64,000 nucleotides of DNA from an uncultured bacterium (GTDB taxonomy: Bacteria > Fidelibacterota > Marinisomatia > Marinisomatales > UBA1611): assembly GCA_943788175.1 (NCBI GenBank), contig CALSPG010000005.1:519250-583249 (forward strand), written 5' to 3'. The position numbers were made by a program, and so were the translations under genes. Shown piece after piece: positions 20,085 to 29,624 of this stretch (positions within the stretch are counted from its first letter, which is position 1; every line of letters begins with the position of its first letter). The notes beneath the pieces are model-generated. The model was not told the origin of the DNA. It ran no database searches and saw nothing but the letters and a program-made list of their open reading frames with translations.

Positions 20085-22985
20085 ATGAAAAAACATATCT
20101 CACTAATAATTATTCTATCAGCATCTTTATTTAGCGCTCAAAATAATTTTGTTGAAAAAAAATCAGATAACAGTTTTAATGCCATGAATAGCAGTAGAAC
20201 ATTTCGAACTGGAGATTATGGCCTCGTTTGTCAAAATGAAAGTGGGTCTTATAATACAGATATGGAAAACTATATTTATTCTCCAGTAATCAATGTCCCA
20301 GCTGGAGATCAAGTTGGAATTGATTTTCTTGTGAGAGGTTCTCTTCTAGATGGTGATGCATTCCCTGAAGTCGATTATTGGGGTATGCAACTTTCTAATG
20401 ATTCTGGCCAATCCTGGAATTATGTTTCAAATCCTTATGGAGATACTTCGGCAACTGCAAATAATTATGTCTATTCTGATGCCCCAGAATTTTGGAGCTT
20501 ATTCTCTACAACTTACAGCGAACCGATTGATATAAGTAACTATGCCGGTTCAGCAATTCAAATGCGTTACTGGTTTCATTCAGATAGTGATGCTCCGCAA
20601 GGCGAGGGCCTATTCCTTGATGACATAACGGTAAGTGTTGATGGAGCGGATATTTATTTTGAAAGTTTTGAAGATAGTACAATGGCTGGCTGGGTTTCTG
20701 TTGATCAAACATCTACTCTTCCTGCCTGGCATATTGATACATACGGGGCTTATGGTGAATCTGGACGTTCTTGGTGGATGGGAGATCCAAGTATAGGTAC
20801 AAATGGAGGATATAGTGACCATTGGTATCAAGTTTTAGATACACCACCAATTGATTTACCAAATAGTACTTCAACCTTAACTGTTTCGTTCGACCAAAAA
20901 AGAGCGATTGAAAATTTGTGTTCTGGAACTAATTGTCCTGAATGTACAGGAGGAGTTTTGTATGATGGCTGGGATGCTTTAAATGTTCGCATTTCTAGCG
21001 ACGGTGGTGAGACCTGGTCCGTTTTAGAAGATGCTGTTCCAGCTTATAACTCATCAGATACGTATTGTTTTGGTTTTGAATTCGGTGAAGGTTGTGCAGT
21101 CCCTGGTTGGGGTGGAGTTGAGACTGCAACGCCGACATGGGAAGCAACGGATGTTTCTATTCCTCAGTCTTATTATGGTCAAGAAGTCATTGTTCGTTTC
21201 GCATTTTCAGCAGACCCTGGTTATAGTACAGCGGATAATGCCGACTTAACTGGTGTTTGGATTGATAACATCGATGTTGCTGGTGTCTTTACAAATGATG
21301 GTGAAGATAGTACAGGTTTTGAATCAAAATCTCTAGTGGCTCTTGGAGGAGATCTCTGGCATATCGAAAACATAAGCGTACCTCCTGTCATACCGATGCC
21401 AGAAAATGTTGTTGTCACTGCTGTCGATGGATCAGTTGAAGTAACTTGGAATTCGCCTTCTGGAGATGAAGAGTATAATAATGAATGGGTCTCTTTTGAT
21501 GACGGTTCATTTGAAAATGCAATCGTAGTTGGCACAGGAGGGCAAGGGTATATTGGTACAAGCTTTAATATGCCTTATGGTGTTGAATCCGTAACAGTCC
21601 ATTCCGCTAGGGTTCATGCAAGTGGCTCTGGTACTACAACACTGGGTGGATTTGCCATCATAGGTGGTGTCCCATCACCTACACCGCTTTATGAGGTTAA
21701 TATAACGGTAGCTGATAATAATTTTACGGATGAAATTACACTTGACTGGGCATTCCAAAGTTCGTTTGTTGTCGCCTTATTAGTAAAAGGTCCTAGTACT
21801 GATGGCGGAACTGATGGTATAGGAATAAGTATCGATGAAAATAGTATTCCTAGTTCAAATTCTTGGTCTGGTTTAGGTGGGTGGTCACCTTGGTCAGAAG
21901 TCGCTTTGTCTAATGATGCAATTAGTGATGGTGAGTTCGGTATACAGGCTAAGGTTACTTCCGTAGGTGGTTCTACGCCAGTCTTTAATGTCTACAGGGA
22001 CCCAGGTTTAGATGGAAGTAGTTTTCAGCTCATGTTCAATGGAACTGGTCTCAGCGAAACTAATTACACAGATAATATTGTTTCAAATGGAGTAGAGTAT
22101 TGCTACCGAATTGCTTCAGTTTTTGACGAGGCGTTAAGTGAAAAGACCACGCCGGCCTGCGGCCTTCCTATCTCAAACACGGTTTATGATGTCATTTATG
22201 ATGATGGTACAAGTGAGGATGTTATGCCTGTTGGTAATGGAAACTATCTTGCTGCGAAATTTAAGCCAGAAGGCTACCCATCAAAACTCTATGGCGCAAG
22301 TTTTTATGTGGCGGGTTCGCAATCAGGCCCTGTTTTAGTTTACGTTTGGCCTGAGGATCAAGATGGGAAACCGGATATGAACAATCCAATATTACCGGGA
22401 ATAGCGAGGAACTTAATTCAAGGTTGGAATGAAGTTAATTTTGTAAATGAAGGTTTTGACTTTCCAATTGATAGTGGTTCAGTATTTGTCGGTTATCAAC
22501 AGTTGAGTGTCAATTTTAATATTGGCGTTGATTGGAATAATTCATCTAATGCCTCAAACAGTATGCTTGATTTTGGCATTGGTATCGGTTGGGAACAATT
22601 GAGCAACTATTCTTCTAATGGTGTTTGGATGATTCGTGCTCAAATGGATGGAGAAAATGAAATTGCTTTAAGTAATGATAATGATTTGCTTAATCAGCTT
22701 CCGGGTGAATTTGCTTTAAGCCAGAATTACCCTAATCCATTTAACCCTACTACAACTATTCAATTTGGGTTGGCAGAGCCTTCTATTACTTCACTTGAGA
22801 TCTTTAATATTTTAGGGGAAAGCGTCACAAAAGTTGTTGATAAACCTTTAGACGCAGGATTTTATAATTTTAGTGTATCTATGAATGGTCTTGCTTCTGG
22901 AATGTATTTTTATCGGTTAATTGCTATTAGTAGTGATGGTAAATCATTGTATAATGATATGAAGAAGATGATTCTTGTTCGATAG
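20085..22985 (+). CDS. Secreted multidomain protein (two MAM/immune-inhibitor-A-like beta-sandwich units, FN3-like, T9SS type A-like CTD)
   Basis: Two units SxDxGxxW..RYWF/RFAF-x-S/AD..GLFLDDI/GVWIDNI; FN3-like PENVVVTA..VTW..FNVYR..YCYRI; LSQNYPNPFNP..LASGMYFY..KKMILVR. Confidence 0.75.
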   Translation: MKKHISLIIILSASLFSAQNNFVEKKSDNSFNAMNSSRTFRTGDYGLVCQNESGSYNTDMENYIYSPVINVPAGDQVGIDFLVRGSLLDGDAFPEVDYWGMQLSNDSGQSWNYVSNPYGDTSATANNYVYSDAPEFWSLFSTTYSEPIDISNYAGSAIQMRYWFHSDSDAPQGEGLFLDDITVSVDGADIYFESFEDSTMAGWVSVDQTSTLPAWHIDTYGAYGESGRSWWMGDPSIGTNGGYSDHWYQVLDTPPIDLPNSTSTLTVSFDQKRAIENLCSGTNCPECTGGVLYDGWDALNVRISSDGGETWSVLEDAVPAYNSSDTYCFGFEFGEGCAVPGWGGVETATPTWEATDVSIPQSYYGQEVIVRFAFSADPGYSTADNADLTGVWIDNIDVAGVFTNDGEDSTGFESKSLVALGGDLWHIENISVPPVIPMPENVVVTAVDGSVEVTWNSPSGDEEYNNEWVSFDDGSFENAIVVGTGGQGYIGTSFNMPYGVESVTVHSARVHASGSGTTTLGGFAIIGGVPSPTPLYEVNITVADNNFTDEITLDWAFQSSFVVALLVKGPSTDGGTDGIGISIDENSIPSSNSWSGLGGWSPWSEVALSNDAISDGEFGIQAKVTSVGGSTPVFNVYRDPGLDGSSFQLMFNGTGLSETNYTDNIVSNGVEYCYRIASVFDEALSEKTTPACGLPISNTVYDVIYDDGTSEDVMPVGNGNYLAAKFKPEGYPSKLYGASFYVAGSQSGPVLVYVWPEDQDGKPDMNNPILPGIARNLIQGWNEVNFVNEGFDFPIDSGSVFVGYQQLSVNFNIGVDWNNSSNASNSMLDFGIGIGWEQLSNYSSNGVWMIRAQMDGENEIALSNDNDLLNQLPGEFALSQNYPNPFNPTTTIQFGLAEPSITSLEIFNILGESVTKVVDKPLDAGFYNFSVSMNGLASGMYFYRLIAISSDGKSLYNDMKKMILVR

Positions 22986-22991
22986 GAGTGC

Positions 22992-25808
22992 ATGATAAAA
23001 GCAGCGACGTCCCTACTTATTTTTGCATTAATTGCGCAACCGGTAATAATGGTTGCGCAAAGTGCAAGCATTGTGGACGGTAATAATTTAGATCCTGCAT
23101 TTACAAATAATAGGCAAATCCCTTGTGCAACGCCTGACCCTACTGTAGATCAAATTATTCAATCTAAGACTGAAGTTGACGATTGGCTTCTTCAAAATAA
23201 TACTCGGGATAGAGATCAGGTCATTATTTATGTTGTTTGGCACGCAATTCATGCAAGCGATAACACCGGAAATATTTCTGAGTCTAGAATTTCTGGCCAG
23301 ATTGATGCTATGAATGTTGCATATAGTAATAATAGTACAAATATTTCTTTTATTTTGGATAGTATTAATAGAGTCGAAAATGATGACTGGTTTTCTGGCT
23401 GGTCTTCAGATACTGAAGGACTCGATGGTGAGGGCATGCAGGCTTTATCTTTTGACCCGGCTCATTATCTAAATATCTATAGTGTTGAGCTTTGGAATTC
23501 TGGTTCTGGTGGGTTTGTTACATATGGATATACTTATTCACCTCACACTAATAATTACCCAGAAGATCACTACAGGCAAGGGTTTACCATTGACCATAAG
23601 GTAGTTTATGGTGGATCTAGTTACAGTTCTTCAACGGCTCCACATGAAGCGGGGCACTATTTGGGTTTGTATCATACATTTCAAACTGATTGTGTTGCTC
23701 CTGATGACGCCGTTGATGACACACCCCGAAATGATAGTGAATATGTTCAAACTTGTTCGAACCAAGATACTTGTCCGGATGATCCTGGTAATGACCCAGT
23801 AGAAAATTATATGAACTATAGCGATGATTGGTGTCAAACAGTTTTTACTCCTGGTCAATCAGATAGAATGCATGCTATTATTGATTTATATCATCCTAGC
23901 TTATTAGATAATCAAGCATTTTATCCGTTATTAGCAGTGGATGGTTATAGCTTTCTTCAAGATACTGATGGTGATAGTCGTTTTAACCCCGGGGATACTT
24001 CCAGAGTAAAGATTGTTATGGCGAACGAATGGGGCGGAGATGCGGTCAATATCGCTCTTACTCTCGAAAGTAATGACCCTAGAATTACTATTTTAGATAA
24101 TAGTATAAGTTTTGATGGTTCTCCTCTTGGTGATATTACGATACCGCCAGGTGAGATTTCTTCCACTGTTTTTGATTGGTTTTTAGTAACCGCTGATGCG
24201 GGAGCTATTCCAGGCACAATTCCTTGTACGGTTACGATTACAGCTGGAACGGAAGAATATCCTTATCAAGAAGTTGTGGATTTAAATTTAGATTTAACGT
24301 TGTCTCAGTTTGGTTTTCCTCTTTCAGGCATCGTTGTAAAGTCTTCGCCAGTTGTGGCTGATTTAAACAATGATGGATTAAAAGAAATTTATTTTGGATC
24401 TGATAATGAAGCGCTCCACGGCTACAATTCTTTTGGTGAAGAGCTCGACGGTTTTCCATTTGAGTCAACCGATAGAGTTCGTTCTAGTCCTGCTATTGGT
24501 GATGTAGACAATGATGGTGAAATGGAGATTGTTTTTGGTAATAGTTCTGGAAAACTTTATATCATTGATTCTAATGGTTCTAGGCAATTAGCGTATACTA
24601 TTTTAGGATTTATTGAAGGTTCTCCAGCTCTAGTAGATATTGATGGTGATCAAGATTTAGAAATCGCGTTTACAACAACGACTTCATCTGGTGGGCAGCT
24701 TTATGTGATTCATCATAATGGTATTACTGTGTCTGGTTTTCCAAAAGAACTTGGTTCTATGTGGGCTGGTCCGGCTGTACATGATATTGATAATGATGGT
24801 TTATTTGATGTGGTTGTTACGACTTATGATAAAGAAGTCTACGCGATTGAGGCGAATGGAGGTACGGTTAAGTCAGGTTTTCCATTCGTTACAGAGGGAA
24901 GGTTTAGTACGGCTCCAATCATTGTTGATGTTGATAATGATGGAGACTATGAAATAGTTGTTGGTAATAATAGTGGTGCTCTGTATGTGCTACATCATGA
25001 TGGTACTATTTTTGCAGAATATGATACGGGAGATGATATCCGTGGTGGGATTTCTGTTTGTGATTTAAACAATGATGGTCAACTTGATCTTTTGTTTGGT
25101 GGCTATGATGATAGGGTGCACGTTTGGGATCCAGTAGCAAATGAGCTTTTAGATGGTTGGCCTGTTGACCTCGGGTTCAATATTCTTTCAGAGCCTTTGG
25201 TCGCCGATTTAGATGGAGATGGTCAAGTTGAGGTTTTAGCCGCTAGAAAAACTGGAAAGATTTTTGCTTATGAGAGTGATGGCTCGATGATGCCTAATTT
25301 CCCAATAGCTATAAATGGGAGCATTGAGTCTACCCCTGTCATAGAAGATATTGATGGCGATGGTGATCTTGAAATTGTAGTCGGGTCTTCTTCAGGCTTA
25401 GATGTTATCGATATTAAATCTAGTACAGAATTAATGGATAATTGGTCTGTCTATCGTGGAACAATAAATCGTGCGGGTGTCTATGATGCAAGCGTTATGG
25501 CGATAGAAGGCAATAAATACATACTTCCAAAAAGATTTTATGTCAGTAGTAATTACCCTAATCCATTTAATCCAACGACAAATTTCTACATTGATATTCC
25601 GGCATCGGGAAAGCTTGCAGTGAAGGTTTTTGATGTTAATGGAAGAATGGTGAAAGAGTTAATTAATACGCAAGTAAATGCAGGCAGGGTTCAAGGCCAG
25701 TGGTCTGGAAAGAATCAATTTGATATGTTGTCTCCAACTGGAATATATTTTTTACATGTTGAAACAGCAACAAACTACCATGTGCAAAAACTGGCGCTAA
25801 TTAAATAA
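22992..25808 (+). CDS. M43 (pappalysin/ulilysin-type) zinc metalloprotease with FG-GAP/VCBS repeats and CTD, paralogue 1
   Basis: Cys-switch-like CAT, YLNIY, HEAGHYLGLYHTF, DTP, Met-turn NYMNY; about eight DxD/NxDG repeats; NYPNPFNP CTD. Confidence 0.9.
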   Translation: MIKAATSLLIFALIAQPVIMVAQSASIVDGNNLDPAFTNNRQIPCATPDPTVDQIIQSKTEVDDWLLQNNTRDRDQVIIYVVWHAIHASDNTGNISESRISGQIDAMNVAYSNNSTNISFILDSINRVENDDWFSGWSSDTEGLDGEGMQALSFDPAHYLNIYSVELWNSGSGGFVTYGYTYSPHTNNYPEDHYRQGFTIDHKVVYGGSSYSSSTAPHEAGHYLGLYHTFQTDCVAPDDAVDDTPRNDSEYVQTCSNQDTCPDDPGNDPVENYMNYSDDWCQTVFTPGQSDRMHAIIDLYHPSLLDNQAFYPLLAVDGYSFLQDTDGDSRFNPGDTSRVKIVMANEWGGDAVNIALTLESNDPRITILDNSISFDGSPLGDITIPPGEISSTVFDWFLVTADAGAIPGTIPCTVTITAGTEEYPYQEVVDLNLDLTLSQFGFPLSGIVVKSSPVVADLNNDGLKEIYFGSDNEALHGYNSFGEELDGFPFESTDRVRSSPAIGDVDNDGEMEIVFGNSSGKLYIIDSNGSRQLAYTILGFIEGSPALVDIDGDQDLEIAFTTTTSSGGQLYVIHHNGITVSGFPKELGSMWAGPAVHDIDNDGLFDVVVTTYDKEVYAIEANGGTVKSGFPFVTEGRFSTAPIIVDVDNDGDYEIVVGNNSGALYVLHHDGTIFAEYDTGDDIRGGISVCDLNNDGQLDLLFGGYDDRVHVWDPVANELLDGWPVDLGFNILSEPLVADLDGDGQVEVLAARKTGKIFAYESDGSMMPNFPIAINGSIESTPVIEDIDGDGDLEIVVGSSSGLDVIDIKSSTELMDNWSVYRGTINRAGVYDASVMAIEGNKYILPKRFYVSSNYPNPFNPTTNFYIDIPASGKLAVKVFDVNGRMVKELINTQVNAGRVQGQWSGKNQFDMLSPTGIYFLHVETATNYHVQKLALIK
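24170..25798 (+). repeat. Direct repeat B, copy 1 (~1.63 kb)
   Basis: Matches 26881-28509 at offset 2711 with about ten substitutions seen by eye. Confidence 0.97.
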
Positions 25809-25816
25809 AGGTCTCA

Positions 25817-28519
25817 ATGAAAGTTTTAAATTATTTATATATCCCAATACTTATAGTGCAGCTTTCTTTCTCTCAAGATAGAGATGGTGTATGCGGCACC
25901 CCTCCGATGTCATCTGAGCAAGTATTGCAGATTAAATCTGATATGGAAAGCTGGTCTTCAACTAGGTCAAGAAATGAAGCTATTCATATTATGGTTGCAT
26001 GGCATGTGGTGACGAATAGTAGTGGCGCCGGTAATTATAGTGATCAAAGTATTTATGACATCATGGAAATCCTTAACTCTAATTATCAAGAACACAATTT
26101 TTTCTTTACTTTAGATACAATCGACCGAACAGAGAACAGTACTTGGTTTAATAGCTGGGAGGATGCTAATGCTTCGCAAGGTATGCAAGAATTGGCTATC
26201 GACCCCTACCATTATCTTAATATCTATACCGCAGATCTTAACGCAATTGGTGTTGAAGGATATTCTTATTTACCCAACTCTTGGGCAAATAATAGTTATA
26301 TGCAAAGTGTAAATCTTGATTACAGGTCTTTATCCGCAGGGTGGATTATCACCCACGAGGTTGGTCATCATCTTGGATTGCCACACACTTTTCAGAATAA
26401 TTGCACTGAGCCAAATGATGGAATAGATGACACTCCGCAACATGATGAAAGCGGATTATGGAGTTGTAATCAAAATCAAGATACTTGCCCAAATGATCCT
26501 GGTAATGATCCTGTTTATAATTATATGAACTATTCAGGAACTTGTCAAAATGAGTATACTCAAGGACAAGAAGATAGACAGCACTATATGACTGAAAATT
26601 ATCACCCAGGTTATTTAGAAAATGATTTTAATTTTCCTCTATTAAAAGTAAGCGCCGCAAGCTTTCTTCAAGATACAGATGGAGATAATCGTTTCAACCC
26701 GGGAGACACTTCGAGAGTAAAGATTGTACTCGCAAATGATTGGGGTGGAGACGCGGTCAATATCTCTCTTACTCTTGAAAGTAATGACCCAAGGATTAAC
26801 ATTCTTGATAACTACATTCAGTTCAACGACTCGCCTTTAGGTGATATTACAATTCCAGCCCAAGAAATTGGATCTACTCCTTTTGATTGGTTTTTAGTAA
26901 CCGCTGATGCGGGAGCTATTCCAGGCACAATTCCTTGTACGGTTACGATTACAGCTGGAACGGAAGAATATCCTTATCAAGAAGTAGTGGATTTAAATTT
27001 AGATTTAACGTTGTCTCAGTTTGGTTTTCCTCTTTCAGGCATCGTTGTAAAGTCTTCGCCAGTTGTGGCTGATTTAAACAATGATGGATTAAAAGAAATT
27101 TATTTTGGATCTGATAATGAAGCGCTCCACGGCTACAATTCTTTTGGTGAAGAGCTCGACGGTTTTCCATTTGAGTCAACCGATAGAGTTCGTTCTAGTC
27201 CTGCTATTGGTGATGTAGACAATGATGGTGAAATGGAGATTGTTTTTGGTAATAGTTCTGGAAAACTTTATATCATTGATTCTAATGGTTCTAGGCAATT
27301 AGCGTATACTATTTTAGGATTTATTGAAGGTTCTCCAGCTCTAGTAGATATTGATGGTGATCAAGATTTAGAAATCGCGTTTACAACAACGACTTCATCT
27401 GGTGGGCAGCTTTATGTGATTCATCATAATGGTATTACTGTGTCTGGTTTTCCAAAAGAACTTGGTTCTATGTGGGCTGGTCCGGCTGTACATGATATTG
27501 ATAATGATGGTTTATTTGATGTGGTTGTTACGACTTATGATAAAGAAGTCTACGCGATTGAGGCGAATGGAGGTACGGTTAAGTCAGGTTTTCCATTCGT
27601 TACAGAGGGAAGGTTTAGTACGGCTCCAATCATTGTTGATGTTGATAATGATGGAGACTATGAAATAGTTGTTGGTAATAATAGTGGTGCTCTGTATGTG
27701 CTACATCATGATGGTACTATTTTTGCAGAATATGATACGGGAGATGATATCCGTGGTGGGATTTCTGTTTGTGATTTAAACAATGATGGTCAACTTGATC
27801 TTTTGTTTGGTGGCTATGATGATAGGGTGCACGTTTGGGATCCAGTAGCAAATGAGCTTTTAGATGGTTGGCCTGTTGACCTCGGGTTCAATATTCTTTC
27901 TGAGCCTTTGGTCGCCGATTTAGATGGAGATGGTCAAGTTGAGGTTTTAGCCGCTAGAAAAACTGGAAAGATTTTTGCTTATGAGAGTGATGGCTCGATG
28001 ATGCCTAATTTCCCAATAGCTATAAATGGGAGCATTGAGTCTACCCCTGTCATAGAAGATATTGACAGCGATGGTGATCTTGAAATTGTAGTCGGGTCTT
28101 CTTCAGGCTTAGATGTTATCGATATTAAATCTAGTACAGAATTAATGGATAATTGGTCTGTCTATCGTGGAACAATAAATCGTGCGGGTGTCTATGATGC
28201 AAGCGTTATGGCGATAGAAGGCAATAAAGACATACTTCCAAAAAGATTTTATGTTAGTAGTAATTACCCTAATCCATTTAACCCAACGACAAATTTTTAC
28301 ATTGATATTCCGGCATCGGGAAAGCTTGCAGTGAAGGTTTTTGATGTTAATGGAAGAATGGTAAAAGAGTTAATTAATACGCAAGTAAATGCAGGCAGGG
28401 TTCAAGGTCAGTGGTCTGGAAAGAATCAATTTGATATGTTGTCTCCAACTGGAATATATTTTTTACATGTTGAAACAGCAACAAACTACCATGTGCAAAA
28501 ACTGGCGCTGGTAAAATAA
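25817..28519 (+). CDS. M43 zinc metalloprotease with FG-GAP/VCBS repeats and CTD, paralogue 2
   Basis: CGT, YLNIY, HEVGHHLGLPHTF, DTP, NYMNY; C-terminal ~540 aa almost identical to paralogue 1. Confidence 0.9.
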   Translation: MKVLNYLYIPILIVQLSFSQDRDGVCGTPPMSSEQVLQIKSDMESWSSTRSRNEAIHIMVAWHVVTNSSGAGNYSDQSIYDIMEILNSNYQEHNFFFTLDTIDRTENSTWFNSWEDANASQGMQELAIDPYHYLNIYTADLNAIGVEGYSYLPNSWANNSYMQSVNLDYRSLSAGWIITHEVGHHLGLPHTFQNNCTEPNDGIDDTPQHDESGLWSCNQNQDTCPNDPGNDPVYNYMNYSGTCQNEYTQGQEDRQHYMTENYHPGYLENDFNFPLLKVSAASFLQDTDGDNRFNPGDTSRVKIVLANDWGGDAVNISLTLESNDPRINILDNYIQFNDSPLGDITIPAQEIGSTPFDWFLVTADAGAIPGTIPCTVTITAGTEEYPYQEVVDLNLDLTLSQFGFPLSGIVVKSSPVVADLNNDGLKEIYFGSDNEALHGYNSFGEELDGFPFESTDRVRSSPAIGDVDNDGEMEIVFGNSSGKLYIIDSNGSRQLAYTILGFIEGSPALVDIDGDQDLEIAFTTTTSSGGQLYVIHHNGITVSGFPKELGSMWAGPAVHDIDNDGLFDVVVTTYDKEVYAIEANGGTVKSGFPFVTEGRFSTAPIIVDVDNDGDYEIVVGNNSGALYVLHHDGTIFAEYDTGDDIRGGISVCDLNNDGQLDLLFGGYDDRVHVWDPVANELLDGWPVDLGFNILSEPLVADLDGDGQVEVLAARKTGKIFAYESDGSMMPNFPIAINGSIESTPVIEDIDSDGDLEIVVGSSSGLDVIDIKSSTELMDNWSVYRGTINRAGVYDASVMAIEGNKDILPKRFYVSSNYPNPFNPTTNFYIDIPASGKLAVKVFDVNGRMVKELINTQVNAGRVQGQWSGKNQFDMLSPTGIYFLHVETATNYHVQKLALVK
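26881..28509 (+). repeat. Direct repeat B, copy 2
   Basis: Near-identical to 24170-25798. Confidence 0.97.
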
Positions 28520-28610
28520 ACAAGTTTAGTTCTTTCAAAAAGATTTAAGATTGTGACTAATCCTGTTTATCTATTAAATTAAATTTTATGAATTATCACA
28601 ATAGTAGGAC

Positions 28611-29561
28611 TTGGGAATGAAAATGAATAAAATATTTATATTTTTAGTATCTTTATCAATTGCAGTGACATCAGTATCTGCTGATATTGAGTGTCCTTCA
28701 GATTCAGCGTATCATGTTGATATGAGAACTATGCTTCCTGATGGTAGTCCAAATCCTTCTTATGGTCAACAGATTTCAACAGGCCTGTGCGCTTGCATAA
28801 CGTTTGGAAATGGCGTTGAGATTAATGGCAATAATATAACGTTCACAATTAATATTGTCGATAATGAGCCAATCAGGGGAATTGAATTAGATATCTACCA
28901 TGACTCTAACGACCTTACTTATTCTAGTGTTACTAGAGGTCAAAAACTTCAAGGACTTGTTAATGATGAAGGTAATCCGACTTCTGATATGACAATATTG
29001 GGAAATGCTATCGATGATTACGTCAAAATTCTTGCTTACAGTGTAAATAGAGCTCGAACAGCAGGCAATGGCGAAGAAGGAGACTTGTTGCATTTGACTT
29101 ATACTCTAGCTGATGGTGCAACTTTGCCAGAAAATATTTCTTTTCATTTTTCAATTGTCAATATACCGGGGACTAGTTTAAATCCGGAATTGCTAAATGT
29201 GGTTTGTGGTTTCCCAGGTGAAGATAGCCCGATTGCTGTTAGCACGGTTACAGCGTCTTCTGAGGATGATCAATTTCTTCCAAAAGAATTTGCGCTATTT
29301 CAAAATTATCCAAATCCGTTTAACCCAAATACTCAAATATCCTTTAACGTTCCAACTGCAGAGTTTGTTACTTTAAGAGTCTACAATCTTTTAGGGCAGG
29401 ATGTTAAAATGTTAGCTAATAAAGTAATGAGTCCAGGTAAGTATACCTTTGAGTGGAACGGTACAGACTTATTAAATAATGATGCAGCATCTGGCGTATA
29501 TTTTTATGAACTGAGAGGTGAAACTTTTGTCTCTAGGAAGAAAATGTTGTTAATTCGTTAG
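28611..29561 (+). CDS. Secreted protein with cohesin-like beta-sandwich and T9SS type A/FlgD-like CTD (start may be ATG 28617 or 28623)
   Basis: Signal peptide; NEPIRGIELDI..GEEGDLLHLTY pattern; LFQNYPNPFNP..WNG..ASGVYFY..KKMLLIR. Confidence 0.72.
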   Translation: MGMKMNKIFIFLVSLSIAVTSVSADIECPSDSAYHVDMRTMLPDGSPNPSYGQQISTGLCACITFGNGVEINGNNITFTINIVDNEPIRGIELDIYHDSNDLTYSSVTRGQKLQGLVNDEGNPTSDMTILGNAIDDYVKILAYSVNRARTAGNGEEGDLLHLTYTLADGATLPENISFHFSIVNIPGTSLNPELLNVVCGFPGEDSPIAVSTVTASSEDDQFLPKEFALFQNYPNPFNPNTQISFNVPTAEFVTLRVYNLLGQDVKMLANKVMSPGKYTFEWNGTDLLNNDAASGVYFYELRGETFVSRKKMLLIR

Positions 29562-29589
29562 AACTCTTTCTTTTTTTTATATTTGATGT

Positions 29590-29624
29590 AAATTCCCCCA
29601 CCTGAAGTATGGGGGAATTTTTTT
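29590..29624 (+). terminator. Intrinsic terminator-like hairpin closing the secreted-protein locus
   Basis: 11-bp stem AAATTCCCCCA / TGGGGGAATTT, 9-nt loop, T tract running to 29624. Confidence 0.7.

Noticed and set aside
24170-28509. Repeat pairs A and B as template/variable repeats of a diversity-generating retroelement
   Set aside because: Differences are not adenine-specific and are mostly synonymous, the repeats exceed 1 kb, both copies are coding, and no reverse transcriptase is present
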